From Eledone cirrhosa (taxonomy: Eukaryota), in assembly GCA_964016885.1 (NCBI GenBank), contig CAXHJY010000054.1, positions 120,195 to 184,194 of the forward strand: a stretch of DNA of 64,000 nt. The letters run 5' to 3'. This document shows positions 27,900 through 39,759 of the stretch, piece by piece. Numbering within the stretch: position 1 is the first letter of the stretch; each line of letters opens with the position of its first letter. Under the pieces are notes generated by a model. That model did not search any database and had not been told where the DNA came from. It saw only the letters and a list, made by a program, of their open reading frames with translations. The position numbers and the translations under genes were made by a program.

Positions 27900-30800
27900 C
27901 TTAGGATAGCTTAGCTTAGCTTAGCTTAGGATAGCTTAGCTTAGCTTAGGATAGCTTAGCTTAGCTTAGCTTAGGATAGCTTAGCTTAGGATAGCTTAGG
28001 ATAGCTTAGCTTAGCTTAGCTTAGGATAGCTTAGCTTAGGATAGCTTAGGATAGCTTAGCTTAGCTTAGCTTAGGATAGCTTAGCTTAGCTTAGCTTAGG
28101 ATAGCTTAGCTTAGCTTAGGATAGCTTAGCTTAGCTTAGCTTAGGATAGCTTAGCTTAGCTTAGCTTAGGATAGCTTAGCTTAGCTTAGCTTAGCTTTGC
28201 TTAGGATAGCTTAGTTTAGCTTAGCTTAGGATAGCTTAGCTTAGCTTAGCTTAGGATAGCTTAGCTTAGCTTAGCTTAGGATAGCTTAGCTTAGCTTAGC
28301 TTAGGATAGCTTAGCTTAGGATAGCTTAGCTTAGCTTAGCTTAGGATAGCTTAGCTTAGCTTAGCTTAGGATAGCTTAGCTTAGCTTAGCTTAGGATAGC
28401 TTAGCTTAGCTTAGCTTAGCTTAGGATAGCTTAGCTTAGGATAGCTTAGGATAGCTTAGCTTAGCTTAGCTTAGGATAGCTTAGGATAGCTTAGGATAGC
28501 TTAGCTTAGGATAGCTTAGCTTAGGATAGCTTAGCTTAGGATAGCTTAGCTTAGGATAGCTTAGGATAGCTTAGCTTAGGATAGCTTAGGATAGCTTAGC
28601 TTAGGATAGCTTAGGATAGCTTAGCTTAGGATAGCTTAGCTTAGGATAGCTTAGGATAGCTTAGCTTAACTTAGCTTAGCTTAGGATAGCTTAGCTTAGC
28701 TTAGCTTAGGATAGCTTAGCTTAGCTTAGCTTAGGATAGCTTAGGATAGATTAGCTTAGGATAGCTTAGCTTAGGATAGCTTAGCCTAGGATAGCTTAGC
28801 TTAGCTTAGCTTAGCTTAGCTTAGGATAGCTTAGGATAGCTTAGCTTCGGATAGCTTAGGATAGCTTAGCTTAGGATAGATTAGGATAGCTTAGCTTAGG
28901 ATAGCTTAGGATAGCTTAGCTTAGGATAGCTTAGCTTAGGATAGCTTAGCTTAGGATAGCTTAGGATAGCTTAGCTTAGCTTAGCTTAGGATAGCTTAGG
29001 ATAGATTAGCTTAGGATAGCTTAGCTTAGGATAGCTTAGCTTAGGATAGCTTAGCTTAGCTTAGCTTAGCTTAGCTTAGGATAGCTTAGGATAGCTTAGC
29101 TTAGGATAGATTAGGATAGCTTAGCTTAGGATAGCTTAGGATAGCTTAGCTTAGGATAGCTTAGCTTAGGATAGCTTAGCTTAGGATAGCTTAGCTTAGC
29201 TTAGCTTAGCTTAGCTTAGGATAGCTTAGGATAGCTTAGCTTCGGATAGCTTAGGATAGCTTAGCTTAGGATAGATTAGGATAGCTTAGCTTAGGATAGC
29301 TTAGGATAGCTTAGCTTAGGATAGCTTAGCTTAGGATAGCTTAGCTTAGGATAGCTTAGCTTAGCTTAGCTTAGGATAGCTTAGCTTAGCTTAGGATAGC
29401 TTAGCTTAGCTTAGGATAGCTTAGCTTAGCTTAGCTTAGGATAGCTTAGCTTAGCTTAGCTTAGGATAGCTTAGCTTAGGATAGCTTAGGATAGCTTAGC
29501 TTAGGATAGCTTAGGATAGCTTAGCTTAGGATAGCTTAGCTTAGCTTAGCTTAGGATAGCTTAGCTTAGCTTAGGATAGCTTAGCTTAGCTTAGCTTAGG
29601 ATAGCTTAGCTTAGGATAGCTTAGGAAAGCTTAGCTTAGCTTAGCTTAGGATAGCTTAGCTTAGCTTAGCTTAGGATAGCTTAGCTTAGCTTAGTTTAGG
29701 ATAGCTTAGCTTAGCTTAGCTTAGCTTAGGATAGCTTTGCTTAGCTTAGCTTAGGATAAATTAGCTTAGGATAGCTTAGTTTAGGATAGCTTAGCTTAGC
29801 TTAGCTTAGGATAGCTTAGCTTAGCTTAGCTTAGGATAGCTTAGCTTAGCTTAGCTTAGGATAGCTTAGCTTAGCTTAGCTTAGGATAGCTTAGCTAAGC
29901 TTAGCTTAGCTTAGGATAGCTTAGCTTAGCTTAGCTTAGCTTAGCTTAGCTTAGCTTGGCTTAGGATAGCTTAGCTTAGCTTAGCTTAGGATAGCTTAGC
30001 TTAGCTTAGCTTAGCTTAGCTTAGGATAGCTTAGCTTAGGATAGCTTAGGATAGCTTAGCTTAGGATAGCTTAGCTTAGGATAGCTTAGGATAGATTAGC
30101 TTAGCTTAGCTTAGGATAGCTTAGCTTAGCTTAGCTTAGGATAGCTTAGCTTAGCTTAGGATAGCTTAGCTTAGCTTAGCTTAGGATAGCTTAGCTTAGC
30201 TTAGCTTAGGATAGCTTAGCTTAGCTTAGCTTAGGATAGCTTAGCTTAGCTTAGGATAGCTTAGCTTAGCTTAGGATAGCTTAGGATAGCTTAGCTTAGC
30301 TTAGGATAGCTTAGGATAGCTTAGCTTAGGATAGCTTAGGATAGCTTAGCTTAGGATAGCTTAGGATAGCTTAGCTTAGGATAGCTTAGCTTAGGATAGC
30401 TTAGCTTAGCTTAGGATAGCTTAGCTTAGGATAGCTTAGGATAGCTTAGCTTAGGATAGCTTAGCTTAGGATAGCTTAGGATAGATTAGCTTAGCTTAGC
30501 TTAGGATAGCTTAGCTTAGCTTAGCTTAGGATAGCTTAGCTTAGCTTAGGATAGCTTAGCTTAGCTTAGCTTAGGATAGCTTAGCTTAGCTTAGCTTAGG
30601 ATAGCTTAGCTTAGCTTAGCTTAGGATAGCTTAGCTTAGCTTAGGATAGCTTAGCTTAGCTTAGGATAGCTTAGGATAGCTTAGCTTAGCTTAGGATAGC
30701 TTAGGATAGCTTAGGATAGCTTAGCTTAGGATAGCTTAGGATAGCTTAGCTTAGCTTAGGATAGCTTAGCTTAGCTTAGGATAGCTTAGCTTAGCTTAGG

Positions 30801-33780
30801 ATAGCTTAGCTTAGGTTAGCTTAGCTTAGCTTAGCTTAGGATAGCTTAGCTTAGCTTAGCTTAGCTTAGGATAGGTTAGCTTAGGATAGCTTAGGATTGC
30901 TTAGCTTAGCTTAGCTTAGGATAGCTTAGCTTAGCTTAGCTTAGGATAGCTTAGCTTAGCTTAGGATAGCTTAGCTTAGCTTAGCTTAGGATAGCTTAGC
31001 TTAGCTTAGCTTAGGATAGCTTAGCTTAGCTTAGGATAGCTTAGCTTAGCTTAGCTAAGGATAGCTTAGCTTAGCTTAGGATAGCTTAGCTTAGCTTAGC
31101 TTAGGATAGCTTAGCTTAGCTTAGCTTAGGTAGCTTAGCTTAGCTTAGCTTAGGATAGCTTAGCTTAGCTTAGCTTAGGATAGCTTAGCTTAGCTTAGCT
31201 TAGCTTAGCTTAGCTTAGCTTAGCTTAGCTTAGGATAGCTTAGCTTAGCTTAGGATAGCTTACCTTAGGAGAGCTTAGCTTAGGATAGCTTAGCTTAGGA
31301 TAGCTTAGGATAGCTTAGCTTAGGATAGCTTAGCTTAGGATAGCTTAGCTTAGGATAGCTTAGGATAGCTTAGCTTAGCTTAGCTTAGGATAGCTTAGCT
31401 TAGCTTAGCTTAGGATAGCTTAGGATAGCTTAGCTTAGGATAGCTTAGGATAGCTTAGGATAGCTTGGCTTAGGATAGCTTAGCTTAGCTTAGCTTAGGA
31501 TAGCTTAGCTTAGCTTAGCTTAGGATAGCTTAGGATAGCTTAGCTTAGGATAGCTTAGGATAGCTTAGCTTAGGATAGCTTAGGATAGCTTAGCTTAGGA
31601 TAGCTTAGGATAGCTTAGCTTAGGATAGCTTAGCTTAGCTTAGGATAGCTTAGCTTAGCTTAGCTTAGGATAGCTTAGCTTAGCTTAGGATAGCTTAGCT
31701 TAGCTTAGCTTAGCTTAGCTTAGCTTAGGATAGCTTAGCTTAGCTTAGGATAGCTTAGCTTAGGATAGCTTAGGATAGCTTAGCTTAGGATAGCTTAGGA
31801 TAGCTTAGCTTAGGATAGCTTAGCTTAGGATAGCTTAGGATAGCTTAGCTTAGGATAGCTTAGGATAGCTTAGCTTAGGATAGCTTAGCTTAGCTTAGCT
31901 TAGGATAGCTTAGCTTAGCTTAGCTTAGGATAGCTTAGCTTAGCTTAGCTTAGGATAGCTTAGCTTAGCTTAGCTTCGGATAGCTTAGGATAGCTTAGCT
32001 TAGGATAGCTTAGCTTAGCTTAGCTTAGGATAGCTTAGCTTAGCTTAGCTTAGGATAGCTTAGCTTAGGATAGCTTAGGATAGCTTAGGATAGCTTAGCT
32101 TAGCTTAGCTTAGGATAGCTTAGCTTAGCTTAGCTTAGGATAGCTTAGCTTAGCTTAGGATAGCTTAGCTTAGCTTAGCTTAGGATAGCTTAGCTTAGGA
32201 TAGCTTAGGAAAGCTTAGCTTAGCTTAGCTTAGGATAGCTTAGCTTAGCTTAGCTTAGGTTAGCTTAGCTTAGCTTAGGATAGCTTAGCTTAGCTTAGCT
32301 TAGGATAGCTTAGCTTAGCTTAGCTTAGGATAGCTTAGGATAGCTTAGCTTAGGATAGCTTAGGATAGCTTAGCTTAGGATAGCTTAGGATAGCTTAGCT
32401 TAGGATAGCTTAGGATAGCTTAGCTTAGGATAGCTTAGCTTAGCTTAGTATAGCTTAGCTTAGCTTAGGATAGCTTAGCTTAGCTTAGGATAGCTTAGCT
32501 TAGCTTAGCTTAGGATAGCTTAGCTTAGCTTAGCTTAGGATAGCTTAGCTTAGCTTAGGATAGCTTAGCTTAGCTTAGGTTGGCTTAGCTTAGCTTAGCT
32601 TAGGATAGCTTATCTTAGGATAGCTTAGGATAGCTTAGCTTAGGATAGCTTAGGATAGCTTAGCTTAGGATAGCTTAGCTTAGGATAGCTTAGGATAGCT
32701 TAGCTTAGGATAGCTTAGGATAGCTTAGCTTAGGATAGCTTAGCTTAGCTTAGCTTAGGATAGCTTAGCTTAGCTTAGCTTAGGATAGCTTAGCTTAGCT
32801 TAGCTTAGGATAGCTTAGCTTAGCTTAGCTTCGGATAGCTTAGGATAGCTTAGCTTAGGATAGCTTAGCTTAGGATAGCTTAGGATAGCTTAGCTTAGGA
32901 TAGCTTAGCTTAGGATAGCTTAGGATAGCTTAGCTTAGGATAGCTTAGGATAGCTTAGCTTAGGATAGCTTAGCTTAGCTTAGCTTAGGATAGCTTAGCT
33001 TAGCTTAGCTTCGGATAGCTTAGGATAGCTTAGCTTAGGATAGCTTAGCTTAGCTTAGCTTAGGATAGCTTAGCTTAGCTTAGCTTAGGATAGCTTAGCT
33101 TAGCTTAGCTTCGGATAGCTTAGGATAGCTTAGCTTAGGATAGCTTAGGATAGCTTAGGATAGCTTAGCTTAGCTTAGCTTAGGATAGCTTAGCTTAGCT
33201 TAGCTTAGGATAGCTTAGCTTAGCTTAGCTTAGGATAGCTTAGCTTAGGTTGGCTTAGCTTAGCTTAGCTTAGGATAGCTTAGCTTAGGATAGCTTAGGA
33301 TAGCTTAGCTTAGGATAGCTTAGGATAGGATAGCTTAGCTTAGCTTAGGATAGCTTAGGATAGCTTAGCTTAGGATAGCTTAGGATAGCTTAGCTTAGGA
33401 TAGCTTAGCTTAGCTTAGCTTAGGATAGGATAGCTTAGCTTAGCTTAGCTTAGGATAGCTTAGCTTAGCTTAGCTTAGGATAGCTTAGCTTAGCTTAGCT
33501 TCGGATAGCTTAGGATAGCTTAGCTTTGGATAGCTTAGCTTAGCTTAGCTTAGGATAGCTTAGCTTAGCTTAGCTTAGGATAGCTTAGCTTAGCTTAGCT
33601 TAGGATAGCTTAGGATAGCTTAGCTTAGGATAGCTTAGGATAGCTTAGGATAGCTTAGCTTAGCTTAGCTTAGGATAGCTTAGCTTAGCTTAGCTTAGGA
33701 TAGCTTAGCTTAGCTTAGGATAGCTTAGCTTAGCTTAGCTTAGGATAGCTTAGCTTAGCTTAGCTTAGGATAGCTTAGGA
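27900..33780 (+). repeat. Segmental duplication C, copy 1 (~5.9 kb, ends approximate)
   Basis: Ordered markers GCTTT 28194, GGAAA 29624, AATTA 29759, GGATT 30894, GGTA 31129, GTATA 32448, GGTTG 32578 and 33248 recur at 39998, 41307, 41442, 42472, 42732, 43971, 44146 and 44661. Confidence 0.87.
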
Positions 33781-34599
33781 TAGCTTAGCTTAGGATAGCT
33801 TAGCTTAGGATAGCTTACCTTAGGAGAGCTTAGCTTAGGATAGCTTAGCTTAGGATAGCTTAGGATAGCTTAGCTTAGGATAGCTTAGCTTAGGATAGCT
33901 TAGCTTAGGATAGCTTAGGATAGCTTAGCTTAGCTTAGCTTAGGATAGCTTAGCTTAGCTTAGCTTAGGATAGCTTAGGATAGCTTAGCTTAGGATAGCT
34001 TAGCTTAGCTTAGCTTAGGATAGCTTAGCTTAGCTTAGCTTCGGATAGCTTAGGATAGCTTAGCTTAGGATAGCTTAGCTTAGCTTAGCTTAGGATAGCT
34101 TAGCTTAGCTTAGCTTAGGATAGCTTAGCTTAGGATAGCTTAGGATAGCTTAGCTTAGCTTAGCTTAGGATAGCTTAGCTTAGCTTAGCTTAGGATAGCT
34201 TAGCTTAGCTTAGCTTAGGATAGCTTAGCTTAGCTTAGCTTCGGATAGCTTAGGATAGCTTAGCTTAGGATAGCTTAGCTTAGCTTAGCTTAGGATAGCT
34301 TAGCTTAGCTTAGCTTAGGATAGCTTAGCTTAGGATAGCTTAGGATAGCTTAGGATAGCTTAGCTTAGCTTAGCTTAGGATAGCTTAGCTTAGCTTAGCT
34401 TAGGATAGCTTAGCTTAGCTTAGGATAGCTTAGCTTAGCTTAGCTTAGGTTAGCTTAGCTTAGCTTAGGATAGCTTAGCTTAGCTTAGGATAGCTTAGCT
34501 TAGCTTAGCTTAGGATAGCTTAGCTTAGCTTAGCTTAGGATAGCTTAGGATAGCTTAGCTTAGGATAGCTTAGGCTAGCTTAGGATAGCTTAGCTTAGC

Positions 34600-36600
34600 T
34601 TAGCTTAGGATAGCTTAGCTTAGCTTAGCTTAGGATAGCTTAGCTTAGCTTAGCTTAGGTAGCTTAGCTTAGCTTAGCTTAGGATAGCTTAGCTTAGCTT
34701 AGCTTAGGATAGCTTAGCTTAGCTTAGCTTAGCTTAGCTTAGCTTAGCTTAGCTTAGCTTAGGATAGCTTAGCTTAGCTTAGGATAGCTTACCTTAGGAG
34801 AGCTTAGCTTAGGATAGCTTAGCTTAGCTTAGCTTAGGATAGCTTAGCTTAGCTTAGGATAGCTTAGCTTAGCTTAGCTTAGGATAGCTTAGCTTAGCTT
34901 AGCTTAGGATAGCTTAGCTTAGCTTAGGATAGCTTAGCTTAGGATAGCTTAGGATAGCTTAGCTTAGGATAGCTTAGGATAGCTTAGCTTAGGATAGCTT
35001 AGCTTAGGATAGCTTAGGATAGCTTAGCTTAGGATAGCTTAGGATAGCTTAGCTTAGGATAGCTTAGCTTAGCTTAGCTTAGGATAGCTTAGCTTAGCTT
35101 AGCTTAGGATAGCTTAGCTTAGCTTAGCTTAGGATAGCTTAGCTTAGCTTAGCTTCGGATAGCTTAGGATAGCTTAGCTTAGGATAGCTTAGCTTAGCTT
35201 AGCTTAGGATAGCTTAGCTTAGCTTAGCTTAGGATAGCTTAGCTTAGGATAGCTTAGGATAGCTTAGGATAGCTTAGCTTAGCTTAGCTTAGGATAGCTT
35301 AGCTTAGCTTAGCTTAGGATAGCTTAGCTTAGCTTAGCTTAGCTTAGCTTAGGTAGCTTAGCTTAGCTTAGCTTAGGATAGCTTAGCTTAGCTTAGCTTA
35401 GGATAGCTTAGCTTAGCTTAGCTTAGCTTAGCTTAGCTTAGCTTAGCTTAGCTTAGGATAGCTTAGCTTAGCTTAGGATAGCTTACCTTAGGAGAGCTTA
35501 GCTTAGGATAGCTTAGCTTAGGATAGCTTAGGATAGCTTAGCTTAGGATAGCTTAGCTTAGGATAGCTTAGCTTAGCTTAGCTTAGGATAGCTTAGGATA
35601 GCTTAGCTTAGCTTAGCTTAGGATAGCTTAGCTTAGCTTAGCTTAGGATAGCTTAGCTTAGCTTAGCTTAGGTAGCTTAGCTTAGCTTAGCTTAGGATAG
35701 CTTAGCTTAGCTTAGCTTAGGATAGCTTAGCTTAGCTTAGCTTAGCTTAGCTTAGCTTAGCTTAGCTTAGGATAGCTTAGCTTAGCTTAGGATAGCTTAC
35801 CTTAGGAGAGCTTAGCTTAGGATAGCTTAGCTTAGGATAGCTTAGGATAGCTTAGCTTAGGATAGCTTAGCTTAGGATAGCTTAGCTTAGCTTAGCTTAG
35901 GATAGCTTAGGATAGCTTAGCTTAGCTTAGCTTAGGATAGCTTAGCTTAGCTTAGCTTAGGATAGCTTAGCTTAGCTTAGCTTAGGTAGCTTAGCTTAGC
36001 TTAGCTTAGGATAGCTTAGCTTAGCTTAGCTTAGGATAGCTTAGCTTAGCTTAGCTTAGCTTAGCTTAGCTTAGCTTAGCTTAGGATAGCTTAGCTTAGC
36101 TTAGCTTAGGATAGCTTAGCTTAGCTTAGCTTAGCTTAGCTTAGCTTAGCTTAGCTTAGCTTAGGATAGCTTAGCTTAGCTTAGGATAGCTTACCTTAGC
36201 TTAGCTTAGGATAGCTTAGCTTAGCTTAGCTTAGGATAGCTTAGCTTAGCTTAGGATAGCTTAGCTTAGGATAGCTTAGGATAGCTTAGCTTAGGATAGC
36301 TTAGGATAGCTTAGCTTAGGATAGCTTAGGTAGCTTAGCTTAGCTTAGCTTAGGATAGCTTAGCTTAGCTTAGCTTAGGATAGCTTAGCTTAGCTTAGCT
36401 TAGCTTAGCTTAGCTTAGCTTAGCTTAGCTTAGGATAGCTTAGCTTAGCTTAGGATAGCTTACCTTAGGAGAGCTTAGCTTAGGATAGCTTAGCTTAGGA
36501 TAGCTTAGGATAGCTTAGCTTAGGATAGCTTAGCTTAGGATAGCTTAGCTTAGGATAGCTTAGGATAGCTTAGCTTAGCTTAGCTTAGGATAGCTTAGCT
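34600..36600 (+). repeat. Locally amplified module [GGTA ... long (GCTTA)n run ... CCTTA-GGAGA], five copies, the last four spaced ~315-345 bp
   Basis: GGTA at 34658, 35352, 35671, 35985 and 36329, each followed by CCTTA at 34792, 35486, 35800, 36194 and 36463. Confidence 0.85.
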
Positions 36601-36929
36601 TAGGATAGCTTAGCTTAGCTTAGCTTAGGATAGCTTAGCTTAGCTTAGCTTCGGATAGCTTAGGATAGCTTAGCTTAGGATAGCTTAGCTTAGCTTAGCT
36701 TAGGATAGCTTAGCTTAGCTTAGCTTAGGATAGCTTAGCTTAGGATAGCTTAGGATAGCTTAGCTTAGCTTAGCTTAGGATAGCTTAGCTTAGCTTAGCT
36801 TAGGATAGCTTAGGATAGCTTAGCTTAGGTTAGCTTAGCTTAGGATAGCTTAGGATAGCTTAGCTTAGGATAGCTTAGGATAGCTTAGCTTAGGATAGCT
36901 TAGGATAGCTTAGCTTAGCTTAGGATAGC

Positions 36930-38200
36930 TTAGGATAGATTAGCTTAGGATAGCTTAGCTTAGGATAGCTTAGCTTAGGATAGCTTAGCTTAGCTTAGCT
37001 TAGCTTAGCTTAGGATAGCTTAGGATAGCTTAGCTTCGGATAGCTTAGGATAGCTTAGCTTAGGATAGATTAGGATAGCTTAGCTTAGGATAGCTTAGGA
37101 TAGCTTAGCTTAGGATAGCTTAGGAAAGCTTAGCTTAGCTTAGCTTAGGATAGCTTAGCTTAGCTTAGCTTAGGATAGCTTAGCTTAGCTTAGTTTAGGA
37201 TAGCTTAGCTTAGCTTAGCTTAGCTTAGGATAGCTTTGCTTAGCTTAGCTTAGGATAAATTAGCTTAGGATAGCTTAGTTTAGGATAGCTTAGCTTAGCT
37301 TAGCTTAGGATAGCTTAGCTTAGCTTAGCTTAGGATAGCTTAGCTTAGCTTAGCTTAGGATAGCTTAGCTTAGCTTAGCTTAGGATAGCTTAGCTAAGCT
37401 TAGCTTAGCTTAGGATAGCTTAGCTTAGCTTAGCTTAGCTTAGCTTAGCTTGGCTTAGGATAGCTTAGCTTAGCTTAGCTTAGGATAGCTTAGCTTAGCT
37501 TAGCTTAGCTTAGCTTAGGATAGCTTAGGATAGCTTAGCTTAGGATAGCTTAGGATAGATTAGCTTAGCTTAGCTTAGGATAGCTTAGCTTAGCTTAGCT
37601 TAGGATAGCTTAGCTTAGCTTAGGATAGCTTAGCTTAGCTTAGCTTAGGATAGCTTAGCTTAGCTTAGCTTAGGATAGCTTAGCTTAGCTTAGCTTAGGA
37701 TAGCTTAGCTTAGCTTAGGATAGCTTAGCTTAGCTTAGGATAGCTTAGGATAGCTTAGCTTAGCTTAGGATAGCTTAGGATAGCTTAGCTTAGGATAGCT
37801 TAGGATAGCTTAGCTTAGGATAGCTTAGGATAGCTTAGCTTAGGATAGCTTAGGATAGCTTAGCTTAGGATAGCTTAGGATAGCTTAGCTTAGGATAGCT
37901 TAGCTTAGGATAGCTTAGGATAGATTAGCTTAGCTTAGCTTAGGATAGCTTAGCTTAGCTTAGCTTAGGATAGCTTAGCTTAGCTTAGGATAGCTTAGCT
38001 TAGCTTAGCTTAGGATAGCTTAGCTTAGCTTAGCTTAGGATAGCTTAGCTTAGCTTAGCTTAGGATAGCTTAGCTTAGCTTAGGATAGCTTAGCTTAGCT
38101 TAGGATAGCTTAGGATAGCTTAGCTTAGCTTAGGATAGCTTAGGATAGCTTAGGATAGCTTAGCTTAGGATAGCTTAGGATAGCTTAGCTTAGCTTAGGA
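36930..38200 (+). repeat. Third, partial copy of duplication C core (ends approximate)
   Basis: The double variant AATTA at 37258 with the same neighbouring GGAAA, GTTTA, GCTTT, GCTAA and GCTTG variants as at 29759 and 41442. Confidence 0.85.
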
Positions 38201-39759
38201 TAGCTTAGCTTAGCTTAGCTTAGGATAGCTTAGGATAGCTTAGGATAGCTTAGCTTAGGATAGCTTAGCTTAGGATAGCTTAGCTTAGCTTAGCTTAGGA
38301 TAGCTTAGCTTAGGATAGCTTAGGATAGCTTAGCTTAGGATAGCTTAGCTTAGGATAGCTTAGGATAGCTTAGCTTAGCTTAGCTTAGCTTAGCTTAGCT
38401 TAGCTTAGGATAGCTTAGCTTAGCTTAGCTTAGGATAGCTTAGCTTAGCTTAGGATAGCTTAGCTTAGCTTAGCTTAGGATAGCTTAGCTTAGCTTAGCT
38501 TAGCTTAGCTTAGCTTAGGATAGCTTAGCTTAGCTTAGCTTAGGATAGCTTAGCTTAGGATAGCTTAGCTTAGCTTTGCTTAGGATAGCTTAGCTTAGGA
38601 TAGCTTAGCTTAGGTTAGCTTAGCTTAGCTTAGCTTAGCATAGCTTAGGATAGCTTAGCTTAGGATAGCTTAGCTTAGCTTAGCTTAGGATAGCTTAGCT
38701 TAGCTTAGCTTAGGATAGCTTAGCTTAGCTTAGGATAGCTTAGCTTAGCTTAGCTTAGGATAGCTTAGCTTAGCTTAGCTTAGGATAGCTTAGCTTAGCT
38801 TAGGATAGCTTAGCTTAGCTTAGCTTAGGATAGCTTAGCTTAGCTTAGCTTAGGATCGCTTAGCTTAGCTTAGCTTAGGATAGCTTAGCTTAACTTAGCT
38901 TAGGATAGCTTAGCTTAGCTTAGCTTAGGATAGCTTAGTTTAGCTTAGCTTAGGATAGCTTAGCTTAGCTTAGCTTAGGATCGCTTAGCTTAGCTTAGCT
39001 TAGGATAGCTTAGCTTAGCTTAGCTTAGCTTAGCTTAGGATAGCTTAGCTTAGGATAGCTTAGCTTAGCTTAGGATAGCTTAGCTTAGCTTAGCTTAGGA
39101 TAGCTTAGCTTAGCTTAGGATAGCTTAGGATAGCTTAGCTTAGGAGAGCTTAGCTTAGCTTAGCTTAGGATAGCTTAGCTTAACTTAGCTTAGGATAGCT
39201 TAGCTTAGCTTAGCTTAGGATAGCTTAGCTTAGCTTAGCTTAGGATAGCTTAGCTTAGCTTAGGATAGCTTAGCTTAGCTTAGCTTAGGATAGCTTAGGA
39301 TAGCTTACCTTAGGAGAGCTTAGCTTAGGATAGCTTAGCTTAGGATAGCTTAGGATAGCTTAGGATAGCTTAGCTTAGGATAGCTTAGCTTAGCTTAGCT
39401 TAGGATAGCTTAGGATAGCTTAGCTTAGGATAGTTTAGGATAGCTTAGCTTAGGATAGCTTAGGATAGCTTAGCTTAGGATAGCTTAGGATAGCTTAGCT
39501 TAGGATAGCTTAGCTTAGCTTAGCTTAGGATAGCTTAGCTTAGGATAGCTTAGGATAGCTTAGCTTAGGATAGCTTAGCTTAGGATAGCTTAGGATAGCT
39601 TAGCTTAGCTTAGCTTAGCTTAGCTTAGCTTAGCTTAGGATAGCTTAGCTTAGCTTAGCTTAGGATAGCTTAGCTTAGCTTAGCTTAGGATAGCTTAGCT
39701 TAGCTTAGCTTAGCTTAGCTTAGCTTAGCTTAGGATAGCTTAGCTTAGCTTAGCTTAGG

